The notes below the pieces were generated by a model. It did not search any database and was not told where the DNA came from. It saw only the letters and a list, made by a program, of their open reading frames with translations. Shown one piece after another: positions 26,700-33,730 of a DNA stretch of 33,730 nucleotides. The position numbers were made by a program, and so were the translations under genes. Position 1 is the first letter of the stretch. Each line of letters starts with the position of its first letter. The DNA lies in IMG/VR virus record IMGVR_UViG_2922289487_000003, positions 1 through 33,730 of that record; one strand, written 5' to 3'. The stretch comes from a virus. Its lineage: Duplodnaviria > Heunggongvirae > Uroviricota > Caudoviricetes.

Positions 26700-27019
26700 A
26701 CTGTGATCCCCTTGTTTTTGAGATAGGCAATTGCGCGGTCCTTCGCACCATCCTCACCATTCACAAGTGCATGCAGCAGGGAATCTGCATCAGCAGCGTT
26801 CTCCTGATCGTTGATGGCTATTCCCCGCGAAACACCACGCGTCAGGGTGATAGCCCCTTTTCTCTCCAGCGCGCGCAGATGATCCGCAGCGGAATTTGGG
26901 GAGCTGCATCCCAGCAGCCCCGAAAGTTCTGTATTGGTTGGAGGATAGCCATGCTCGCGTTGAAAGCTGATCAAGGTATCCAGTACATGCTGCTGGCGAG
27001 CCGTGAGAATTTCTTTCAC
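26696..27019 (-). CDS. LexA-like DNA-binding-domain-only protein (107 aa)
   Basis: LTARQQ, PPT..E, SPNSAADHLRAL.RKG and SRGI match the LexA winged HTH; no S24 domain. Confidence 0.85.
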   Translation of the reverse strand: MKEILTARQQHVLDTLISFQREHGYPPTNTELSGLLGCSSPNSAADHLRALERKGAITLTRGVSRGIAINDQENAADADSLLHALVNGEDGAKDRAIAYLKNKGITV

Positions 27020-27894
27020 GCGCTTTCCTCCAGAATGCTGACCATCTGAGCAGAAGCAACGGCGATGATCTCGCTGGTGGGCATACGTTCAAGCCATAGC
27101 TGATTGATATTGCGTTTCAGCTTGTTCTGCTGTGACTCAGTCAGGGCGTCGACTCCATCCACCTGGTTAAACACCAGACCAACCTCGAGAGGCCAGATAC
27201 GCGATTCGACTTCTGGTAATGTCAGCGGCGCAGGTGGTTGTACTGTTTCTGCCTGGCGGGCCTTACCAGCGGCAAATGTGACCAGCGACATAAACGCCTT
27301 CCCTTTTTCCTCCAGATCGGTACGGCTGATGTAGCTGAAACGCTCGCCGCGCCATGACTTATCGAAGATTGCAATGGCGCCAGCAAAGAAAGCACCAGTG
27401 GGTTTCTGTTTATCGTCAGCAGGAACAAACCACACAGGGAGATCGAAACCAATGCGACCGCGAATAAACATGATGTGATCGGCATCTTCAGGCCACCATG
27501 TTTCACTTGTCGCCGCTTTAATGAGGAACACGTAACGCCCACCCTTTTCACGCATCTCCATTGTGTGATCCATTATGTGGGTCATGCCGGTGATCGCCTG
27601 TTTCTCGTGGTACTGAGAGCGGCTATAGGGTGGATTACTGAATGCGGCCCCGCCGATTGACTCCAGCATTTCCGCCCAATCCTGCATCAGCGCGTTATCT
27701 TCGGCGGTGTACCAGACCGGGCACTTCGCGTTATCGTCGTCAGCAAACAGATCCAGAACCAACGGCCCAAATATTGCGTTGATCCCCCAAAACAACAGAT
27801 CCGGAGTACGCCACTGATCGCCAACCTCTTTCAGTTCGTGGGCTGGTTTGCTACGCAGTTCCGCCAGCGCCTGGCAATATTTGTTTAACGTCAT
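27016..27894 (-). CDS. Phage DNA N6-adenine methyltransferase, Dam-like family (292 aa)
   Basis: DQWRTP, LDLFAD, catalytic NPPY and IRGRIGF motifs. Confidence 0.88.
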   Translation of the reverse strand: MTLNKYCQALAELRSKPAHELKEVGDQWRTPDLLFWGINAIFGPLVLDLFADDDNAKCPVWYTAEDNALMQDWAEMLESIGGAAFSNPPYSRSQYHEKQAITGMTHIMDHTMEMREKGGRYVFLIKAATSETWWPEDADHIMFIRGRIGFDLPVWFVPADDKQKPTGAFFAGAIAIFDKSWRGERFSYISRTDLEEKGKAFMSLVTFAAGKARQAETVQPPAPLTLPEVESRIWPLEVGLVFNQVDGVDALTESQQNKLKRNINQLWLERMPTSEIIAVASAQMVSILEESA

Positions 27895-28745
27895 CCTCTG
27901 AATCCCTCTGGAATTTTGGTATCAACCGGACCGACCTTCATTGGGTCATGTTTCTTTTCGCCCCAGGATTCACGTGGCGGACGCCCCTTCTTGTCCCAGC
28001 GGATCCCGCTTTGCAGATACCCCTCAAATTTTTTCGGGCCAAACAGTGTTTCAGGGCGCATGTACTGGTACTGCTCATCGTTGCCGTCCCAGTGCTCATG
28101 TTTCAGGTCGATAACCAGTTGCAGATCAGCGACGCTGTAACCTTCACGCAGACGTGCACGAATGTTTTCCAGCGAGGTTTTAGACTTCTGATATCGGGAG
28201 CCGCTGACCTGGTTCAAATGGGTTAAAACCAGAATGGCGTTATCAGTGATCACAACTTCAGGGTCTGGTTGCGACGCAACCGGACAAGAAGGTTTTTTAC
28301 CTGATGGATCAGTAGTTGAATTTACTGACGGATCCCCGCCAGATTCTGACGGGTGAAAACCGCCATTCTGACCGGATTTTGAGGGCTCAAATTTTGACGG
28401 GTCAGATTTTGATACGTCAGATTTTGACGGGTCAGAATCTGACAGGTGAGCGAATGCAACTGTCTGGAGTTTTGCCACATTCAACTGATAAACATTGGAG
28501 GCATTTCGGTTGCCCTGTCGCCGCGCTTTGCGTGACAACCAGCCATCGGCTTCAAGCTTCGCTATTGCCGTTCTGACAGTACTGACGCCTGCACCAAGCT
28601 GTCTCGCAATTGTTTCGATGGAAGGCCAGCAGACACCTTCGTCATTGCTGAAATCAGCCAGGCGCGCCATGATGGCCACGCTGGACAACTTCATTCCTGA
28701 CGCTGCACAGGCATCCCATACATAGCCTGTCAATTTAGTGCTCAT
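27891..28745 (-). CDS. Phage replication initiator (284 aa)
   Basis: N-terminal HTH (ADFSNDEGVCWPSIETIA), internal tandem repeats and C-terminal QYMRPETLF..KFEGYL. Confidence 0.85.
   Translation of the reverse strand: MSTKLTGYVWDACAASGMKLSSVAIMARLADFSNDEGVCWPSIETIARQLGAGVSTVRTAIAKLEADGWLSRKARRQGNRNASNVYQLNVAKLQTVAFAHLSDSDPSKSDVSKSDPSKFEPSKSGQNGGFHPSESGGDPSVNSTTDPSGKKPSCPVASQPDPEVVITDNAILVLTHLNQVSGSRYQKSKTSLENIRARLREGYSVADLQLVIDLKHEHWDGNDEQYQYMRPETLFGPKKFEGYLQSGIRWDKKGRPPRESWGEKKHDPMKVGPVDTKIPEGFRG
28343..28450. repeat. 15-bp tandem repeats, probable iterons/origin
   Basis: Five abutting units resembling ATTTTGACGGGTCAG at 28376, 28391, 28406, 28421 and 28436, plus a detached copy at 28343; they encode SDPSK-type pentapeptides. 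Confidence 0.75.
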
Positions 28746-28914
28746 AGTCGCCCTCTATTTCCCTGAACTTTCGCTGAAACTGCTCAAGCGGGCTGAAACA
28801 CTCATGCTCATAGCCTTTACGCAGGTAGATAACGCGGCGGGTTTCCGGCTCCCATCTGATAACGCGAACCGGGATGCCGTAGTGGTCTTTGAACCAGCGG
28901 TTAAGTTCTCGCAT
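28735..28914 (-). CDS. DUF4222-like small protein (59 aa; not in the ORF track)
   Basis: Manual translation MRELNRWFKDHYGIPVRVIRWEPETRRVIYLRKGYEHECFSPLEQFQRKFREIEGDYEH; purine-rich RBS; overlaps the replication gene start. Confidence 0.75.
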   Translation of the reverse strand: MRELNRWFKDHYGIPVRVIRWEPETRRVIYLRKGYEHECFSPLEQFQRKFREIEGDYEH

Positions 28915-29081
28915 AAGGATTCCCCTCTACGGCGCCATACCCCCACAATTGCCATCGCCCGACTGTGGTTACAGGGAACCCAGCGTCCTGATACCATGCG
29001 CTCATACCGAAACATGATGTAACCCCGAACAGGGAATGCACGTAGTTGCGGTATGTGGTTCTTTACCGTTAAACTGTTCAT
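28755..29081 (-). CDS. YmfM-like hypothetical protein (108 aa)
   Basis: Start overlaps the ymfL-like stop (ATGA); resembles e14 YmfM from memory. The C-terminal half overlaps the DUF4222-like gene in another frame. Confidence 0.45.
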   Translation of the reverse strand: MNSLTVKNHIPQLRAFPVRGYIMFRYERMVSGRWVPCNHSRAMAIVGVWRRRGESLCENLTAGSKTTTASRFALSDGSRKPAALSTCVKAMSMSVSARLSSFSESSGK

Positions 29082-29632
29082 GCGTTAGTTTCTCCACTGA
29101 TACGACACGCCAAGGCGCCCGGAGCTGCACACTCGCGGGCGTCACTCTTTTCAGCGACACAAAAAACTCGATAAAGAAGCGTTACGTGCTCCTGAAACTT
29201 CGCGATAACCTGATAACTGTTCTCCTCAATCTGAACCCGCTCATCTGCGTCAATTACCCCATCAGCTGTGGCCTTACGTACAAAATTTGAATGACGACCA
29301 ATCCACTCAATGGACTCCATCAGACGCTGGTTGATATCGGCGTTATCGAGATCATCAACATCTGCCAGCGGTACAAATACGCCCTGAGATTGGCGCGCAA
29401 CGGCATCAGCAATATGGGTTGAACCACCAGCACGTTGTAAAACCATTGCCCAGCCCAGCGGGAAGATCTGGTCGCCGTCAACACGAAGGCGGTTAAACAA
29501 TGCGTTCTCTGTCACGCCCAACCATTCCGCCGCCTCGGCATAACCACCAGGTAGCTCGGTGATCGTTTTTTTTATCGCCGCCACCAGCCAGGCTGGCTGT
29601 CGTTCGACTTTCCAAATAGGTTCATTACCCAC
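29078..29632 (-). CDS. YmfL-family putative regulator in the cII position (184 aa)
   Basis: LPGGYAEAAEWL.VTENALFNRLR.DGDQIFPLGWAMVLQRA and DARECAAPG motifs. Confidence 0.85.
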   Translation of the reverse strand: MGNEPIWKVERQPAWLVAAIKKTITELPGGYAEAAEWLGVTENALFNRLRVDGDQIFPLGWAMVLQRAGGSTHIADAVARQSQGVFVPLADVDDLDNADINQRLMESIEWIGRHSNFVRKATADGVIDADERVQIEENSYQVIAKFQEHVTLLYRVFCVAEKSDARECAAPGALACRISGETNA

Positions 29633-29642
29633 GGTTCCCTCC

Positions 29643-29870
29643 TTATTCCTGTGGTTTGAGTTTTACTGAAGCTTCGCTACGCTTTTCGTAAAGGTCGGGA
29701 TGGAAAATCAATTTTCCCCCGGTCCGATAAGCTGCTTCAGCTGCACGTCCTTTCGGGATAAGGCGACCAGTTCTATTACGCCACTGGTAAACGGCCTCGC
29801 TTGTGATTCCAAAAAATTCGGCAACTTTCTCAGTGCTGCCGAAGTAGTTTTCAATGTCATCGGTTGTCAT
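29643..29870 (-). CDS. cro: Cro-like HTH regulator (75 aa)
   Basis: YFGS..KVA.FFGIT.EAVYQW; divergent from cI. Confidence 0.85.
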   Translation of the reverse strand: MTTDDIENYFGSTEKVAEFFGITSEAVYQWRNRTGRLIPKGRAAEAAYRTGGKLIFHPDLYEKRSEASVKLKPQE

Positions 29871-29884
29871 AACGCCTCCCTTTG

Positions 29885-29947
29885 CTAAGTTTGATTAGAT
29901 ATTAATAACCAATCTAACTTTGGTCAATAAAAACTAAGATTGCTTAG
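29885..29947. promoter_or_regulatory. OR operators and PR
   Basis: CTAA-N6-TTAG at 29885-29898 and 29934-29947, with a degenerate copy at 29909-29922. Minus strand TTGACC-17 bp-TAATAT (29927-29899). Confidence 0.7.
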
Positions 29948-29973
29948 TCTTTTAATTTGTTTATGGTGTTCAA

Positions 29974-30600
29974 ATGGAAACTGTCGGTCAGCGCATCAAA
30001 GCTCTCAGGCGCATAACCAAAACCTCGCAAAAAGAACTGGGTAAGTTCTGCGGTGTTAGTGATGTGGCGGTTGGGTATTGGGAAAAAGACGTTAATGTAC
30101 CAGGCGGCGAGTCACTTGCGAAACTTGCAAAGTATTTCAACACATCAATTGATTACATACTCTATGGCACTGAATTCGAAGGAAATCTGATAACCAAGAT
30201 GCGAAGGATTCCGGTGATATCTTGGGTTCAGGCTGGACAGTTTACAGAATGTAAAGCAGCAGAAGTTTTCAGTGAAGTAGATAAGTGGGTCGAAACATCA
30301 CTCCGGATAGGGGATAGTTCCTTTGCATTGGAGGTTAAAGGTGATTCTATGACAAACCCTAATGGGCTCCCGACAATCCCTGAAGGAGCAACAGTCATAG
30401 TAGATCCTGATGCAGAGCCACTTCATGGAAAGATAGTCGTAGCCAGGCTTGATGGTACAAACGAGGCTACCATAAAAAAATTCGTCATCGATGGGCCTCA
30501 AAAGTTCTTAGTTCCCTTAAATCCTCGCTATCCAAACATTTCCATTAACGGTAATTGCCTGATCATCGGAGTTGTCAAAGGCGTTCAGTACGAGCTTTAA
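29974..30600 (+). CDS. cI: CI-like repressor, HTH plus S24 peptidase (208 aa)
   Basis: N-terminal HTH, SWVQAG cleavage site, FALEVKGDSM and ATIKK catalytic motifs. Confidence 0.93.
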   Translation: METVGQRIKALRRITKTSQKELGKFCGVSDVAVGYWEKDVNVPGGESLAKLAKYFNTSIDYILYGTEFEGNLITKMRRIPVISWVQAGQFTECKAAEVFSEVDKWVETSLRIGDSSFALEVKGDSMTNPNGLPTIPEGATVIVDPDAEPLHGKIVVARLDGTNEATIKKFVIDGPQKFLVPLNPRYPNISINGNCLIIGVVKGVQYEL

Positions 30601-30630
30601 CCGACCTCTAATCTTCCTCTTAACATCAAG

Positions 30631-30683
30631 CTAAGAGTAGTTTGGTGTTTTTTCTTGATCTAAAAGCTAAGTTAAGTTAGATT
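30631..30683 (+). promoter_or_regulatory. OL operators and PL
   Basis: CTAA-N6-TTAG at 30667-30680, with a one-mismatch copy at 30631-30644. TTGATC-17 bp-TAGATT (30655-30683). Confidence 0.7.
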
Positions 30684-30694
30684 TAATTCATCAG

Positions 30695-30908
30695 CAGCGA
30701 ACAGGCAGGACGCCCACGAAGTAGCCGCCGGTGGCGTATGAATGACCGGATGATTCGCTGACAGGTATCTTCGGGAGGGGTTACGGGCTGGAGTGACTAC
30801 CAGTATCGACAGCTCTATCCGACGAAACGGAACCGTCTAACCCGCGATTGTGGGTGAAAAGTACCGTAGGGTCGCCAGCTAGTCACTGGTCCCCGCCCGA
30901 AGATACTT
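30695..30908 (+). ncRNA. Structured PL-leader RNA candidate
   Basis: Nested stems CAGCGAA/TTCGCTG, CCGGT/ACCGG, GTATCTTCGGG/CCCGAAGATAC and AGTGACTA/TAGTCACT. Confidence 0.45.
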
Positions 30909-30919
30909 TAAACAATAAA

Positions 30920-30950
30920 AAGCGCCCATAGGACGCTTAGCTCTTTAACA
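30920..30950 (+). promoter_or_regulatory. boxB-like hairpin followed by boxA
   Basis: AAGCG...CGCTT (30920-30938), then GCTCTTTAACA (30940-30950), matching the boxA consensus. Confidence 0.7.
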
Positions 30951-31497
30951 ATCTGGATATCCTTTTACTACAGGTTATTTGTCATGGTTATTTTCATCAA
31001 CAGATTTGCTTTGTATTTGAGAATAGTTCTTAATGCTGAAGAAACAAAAGAGTCGTAAGAAAACTAAAAAACCCGCCATTGAAATATATAAGGAGCGGGA
31101 GGCACTCCCCTTCAGAAACGCCTCGAATATAAGTGAGCAAAAGACACCAATCATTATGTAAAGTAAGAATAAAAAAATGTTCGCTGTTCTAGGGCAATCC
31201 CAATTACGACCAAATGTGCATATAACCCTATCTTCAAATTTATATGATATAGCCCACAGAAAAGCACACAAAGCGACCCAAGCACTGATGATAACTATTG
31301 GCATTTCAAACATTCGAGTAAAGCTAATGGCTCCACTAAATAGACCGGTAATATAAACACCGATCATAGAGCAAACAATACCGCTCAAAACACCACGAAT
31401 TCCATTGTAATAGTTTTTGTTGGTATCGAATGGAATTTTTAATTTTTTACTAGCCACAAAAACACCTTAAAAATAAGTATATTAGGATATCCAGATT
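30950..31497. repeat. Perfect 14-bp inverted repeat pair bracketing the membrane-protein gene
   Basis: AATCTGGATATCCT (30950-30963) and AGGATATCCAGATT (31484-31497). Confidence 0.85.
30975..31457 (-). CDS. Uncharacterised ~4-TM membrane protein, moron (160 aa)
   Basis: AT-rich, antisense within the PL operon; GTG start with AAGGTG upstream; four hydrophobic segments. Confidence 0.75.
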   Translation of the reverse strand: MASKKLKIPFDTNKNYYNGIRGVLSGIVCSMIGVYITGLFSGAISFTRMFEMPIVIISAWVALCAFLWAISYKFEDRVICTFGRNWDCPRTANIFLFLLYIMIGVFCSLIFEAFLKGSASRSLYISMAGFLVFLRLFCFFSIKNYSQIQSKSVDENNHDK

Positions 31498-31716
31498 ACT
31501 CTAATCATTGCTGTAGTGAAATAGCTACTCACTACCTATCTTGGTAGTTATTTAACACGACAGCATAATAACGATGGAGCAACCCATTGCACTAAGTGCC
31601 TCTGGATGGGGCATTTACTGAAACGAAACCATAACTTTTCTTCGCCTTATGGCGAGGGATTCGTACAACCAAAATTCAGCGCGGTGCAGCGCGCATATAA
31701 CACGGAGAAACTGACC

Positions 31717-32115
31717 ATGACGACCTCAAAAAACGTCACTGAGTTACAACCACGCATGACCAGAGAGCAACTGATAGATGCAGCCCGTACCGCTGCTAAA
31801 TATCTTCCAGTAGCCTCTGCTCAACTAATGAATGAACTGGCTACACGTCTTGCTACAACCTGCGATGCACTATGTGAATCAATGGAACAACGTAATGCAC
31901 TGGCTAATGAAAACACCGTACTTCGTGAAGACGTAACGAGTTGGGCTAAAGAATGCGACCGCATTGTTGAACGTCACACCAAAACACGCTGCAACATGCA
32001 TTTGCTGGAAGCACAAAGAGAGTTGCGCGACCTGACACCAGTTACCGATGCGGTGATAAATATTGCGGAAGAACATAAGTCTATATCCTCACAGCATCGA
32101 GGCGTGCAGGCATGA
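31717..32115 (+). CDS. Ead/Ea22-like early protein (132 aa)
   Basis: RBS GGAG before the ATG at 31717; MTREQLIDAAR.AAKYLP.ASAQLMNELATRL followed by a coiled-coil. Confidence 0.7.
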   Translation: MTTSKNVTELQPRMTREQLIDAARTAAKYLPVASAQLMNELATRLATTCDALCESMEQRNALANENTVLREDVTSWAKECDRIVERHTKTRCNMHLLEAQRELRDLTPVTDAVINIAEEHKSISSQHRGVQA

Positions 32116-32207
32116 AAGCTATAAAAACGCACACTGGGATCGTCATAACCCGCGATGGGAAAAAGCGGCTGAAACTGCATTCCACTGTGTTAGCGCCAGT
32201 GATATAA
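32112..32207 (+). pseudogene. Small early gene truncated by the IS
   Basis: ATGA-coupled start; MKAIKTHTGIVITRDGKKRLKLHST runs into the IS end at 32188 and stops at TAA 32205-32207. Confidence 0.65.
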
Positions 32208-32288
32208 GACGGTAATTCACCATTTGAATTGTCCGCTCCACCCAACATGTTGTTTCCTTGAGGTTCTCACACCAGAAAGGACATCAGC

Positions 32289-33461
32289 ATGTTGAGCAGA
32301 GAGGACTTTTACATGATAAAGCAAATGCGCAAGCAAGGTGCGTACATTGTCGATATTGCCACTCAGGTGGGTTGCTCTGAGCGGACTGTCAGACGGTACC
32401 TCAAATACCCTGAACCGCCAGCCAGAAAAACACGCCACAAAATGGCCAAACTCAGGCCGTTCATGGACTATATCGACATGCGTCTGGCAGAGAACGTCTG
32501 GAACGGCGAGGTCATCCTCGCGGAAATCAAAGCGATGGGGTATACCGGTGGCCGCTCCATGTTGCGCTACTACATCCAGCCCAAACGTAAGATGCGGCCA
32601 TCGAAGAAAACGGTTCGCTTCGAAACCCAGCCCGGTTATCAGCTCCAGCATGACTGGGGAGAAGTTGAGACTGAGGTTGCCGGGCAACGATGCAGAGTTA
32701 GCTTCGCGGTTAACACGCTGGGGTTCTCACGTCGCTTCCATGTCTTCGCGGCGCCAAAGCAGGATGCTGAACATACCTATGAGTCACTGGTCCGCGCCTT
32801 CCGTTACTTCGGCGGCAGCGTGAAAACCGTGCTGGTCGATAACCAGAAAGCCGCGGTGCTGAAAAATAACAACGGGAAGGTGGTGTTCAACTCCGGGTTC
32901 CTGCTGCTGGCCGATCACTATGGCTTCCTGCCACGGGCCTGCCGCCCACGAAGGGCCAGAACCAAAGGTAAGGTGGAACGGATGGTGAAATACCTCAAGG
33001 AGAACTTCTTCGTCCGGTATCGCCAGTTCGACAGCTTCGCCCATGTTAATCAGCTACTGGAGCAGTGGATGGCTGACGTTGCCGACAGGCGGGAACTTCG
33101 CCAGTTCAGGCAGACACCGGAACAGCGCTTCACGCAGGAACAGACGCATCTGCAACCGCTGCCGGATACGGACTTCGATACCAGCTACTTCGACATCCGT
33201 CATGTCTCCTGGGATGGTTATATCGAGGTTGGCGGGAACCGTTACAGCGTGCCGGAAAGCCTGTGTGGCCAGCCGGTCTCAATACGGATCTCGCTGGATG
33301 ATGAACTGCGGATCTACAGTAATGAGCAGCAGGTGGCATCGCACCTGCTCTGTTCGGCTTCATCCGGCTGGCAGACCGTGCCGGAGCATCACGCCCCGCT
33401 CTGGCAGCAGGTCAGTCAGGTGGAACATCGCCCGCTGAGTGCGTATGAGGAGCTGTTGTGA
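32289..33461 (+). CDS. istA: IstA DDE transposase (390 aa)
   Basis: MLSREDFYMIKQMR, RFETQPG.QLQHDW, LVDNQKAAV and TKGKVER motifs. Confidence 0.96.
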   Translation: MLSREDFYMIKQMRKQGAYIVDIATQVGCSERTVRRYLKYPEPPARKTRHKMAKLRPFMDYIDMRLAENVWNGEVILAEIKAMGYTGGRSMLRYYIQPKRKMRPSKKTVRFETQPGYQLQHDWGEVETEVAGQRCRVSFAVNTLGFSRRFHVFAAPKQDAEHTYESLVRAFRYFGGSVKTVLVDNQKAAVLKNNNGKVVFNSGFLLLADHYGFLPRACRPRRARTKGKVERMVKYLKENFFVRYRQFDSFAHVNQLLEQWMADVADRRELRQFRQTPEQRFTQEQTHLQPLPDTDFDTSYFDIRHVSWDGYIEVGGNRYSVPESLCGQPVSIRISLDDELRIYSNEQQVASHLLCSASSGWQTVPEHHAPLWQQVSQVEHRPLSAYEELL

Positions 33462-33730
33462 TGCATGAACTGGAGACACTGCTGGGTCGTCTGAAAATGG
33501 AACATCTGGCCTACCACGTAGAAAGCCTGCTGGAGCAGGCGGCCAAAAAAGAGCTGAACTACCGCGAGTTCCTGTGCATGGCACTGCAACAGGAATGGAA
33601 CGGGAGACATCAGCGCGGTATGGAGTCCCGGCTGAAACAGGCCCGCTTCCCATGGGTCAAAACGCTGGAGCAGTTCGACTTCGGCTTCCAGCCTGGTATC
33701 GATCGTAAGGTCGTCCGGGAGCTGGCCGGG
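33461..33730 (+). CDS. istB: IstB ATPase helper, 5' part (runs off the window)
   Basis: MHELETLLGRLKMEHL...RLKQARFPWVKTLEQFDF.FQPGIDRK. Confidence 0.93.
   Translation, partial: MHELETLLGRLKMEHLAYHVESLLEQAAKKELNYREFLCMALQQEWNGRHQRGMESRLKQARFPWVKTLEQFDFGFQPGIDRKVVRELAG

Larger units (their letters stand above)
32188..33730 (+). mobile_element. IS21-family insertion sequence, close to IS21 itself; right end outside the window
   Basis: Left end TGTTAGCGCCAGTGATATAAGACGG, followed by istA-istB with a TGATG overlap. Confidence 0.92.

Noticed and set aside
28376-28450. Tandem repeats as a CRISPR array or VNTR
   Set aside because: The units abut without spacers, are in frame within the replication gene, and no cas genes are present.
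30760-30910. tRNA gene in the PL leader or downstream of Q
   Set aside because: No T-loop GTTCGA or D-loop pattern, and no cloverleaf of tRNA size, was found by eye in either place.
30963-31521. Second complementary pair TTTTACTACAG / CTGTAGTGAAA near the 14-bp repeats
   Set aside because: It is imperfect and not nested with the 14-bp pair, so both cannot form one stem. It may be chance in AT-rich DNA.
1-33730. Integrase, excisionase and att sites
   Set aside because: None is visible. They are expected beyond the IS on the right and possibly left of umuD, so prophage boundaries cannot be set.

Overview
The window is nearly all of one temperate lambdoid prophage of the SfV/ST64B/e14 type. 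It has an HK97-like head and a Mu-like contractile tail, and lies mostly on the minus strand. Left to right: an SOS cassette (umuD divergent from a dinI/msgA-like gene), a low-GC acyltransferase-3 moron, tail fibre/baseplate/tail genes, head genes, terminase, HNH, lysis genes, Q, nin-region genes (DUF968, Rha/ANT, rusA, LexA-like DBD, Dam-like MTase), replication gene, ymfL/cro/cI, the start of the leftward early operon, and an IS21-like element (istA complete, istB cut by the window edge). Integrase, xis and att sites are not in the window. The lytic programme looks point-inactivated: there are single in-frame TAG codons in the baseplate hub gene (6233-6235) and in Q (24104-24106, at an inferred Dcm CCAGG site), and IS21 interrupts an early gene. 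Repressor, operators and at least five accessory genes look intact. The best leads are a candidate antisense sRNA between holin and endolysin, a membrane-protein cassette bracketed by a perfect 14-bp inverted repeat just after a boxA, a structured PL leader with no N gene visible, and several uncharacterised morons. Family names come from remembered motifs and gene order; no database searches were run.
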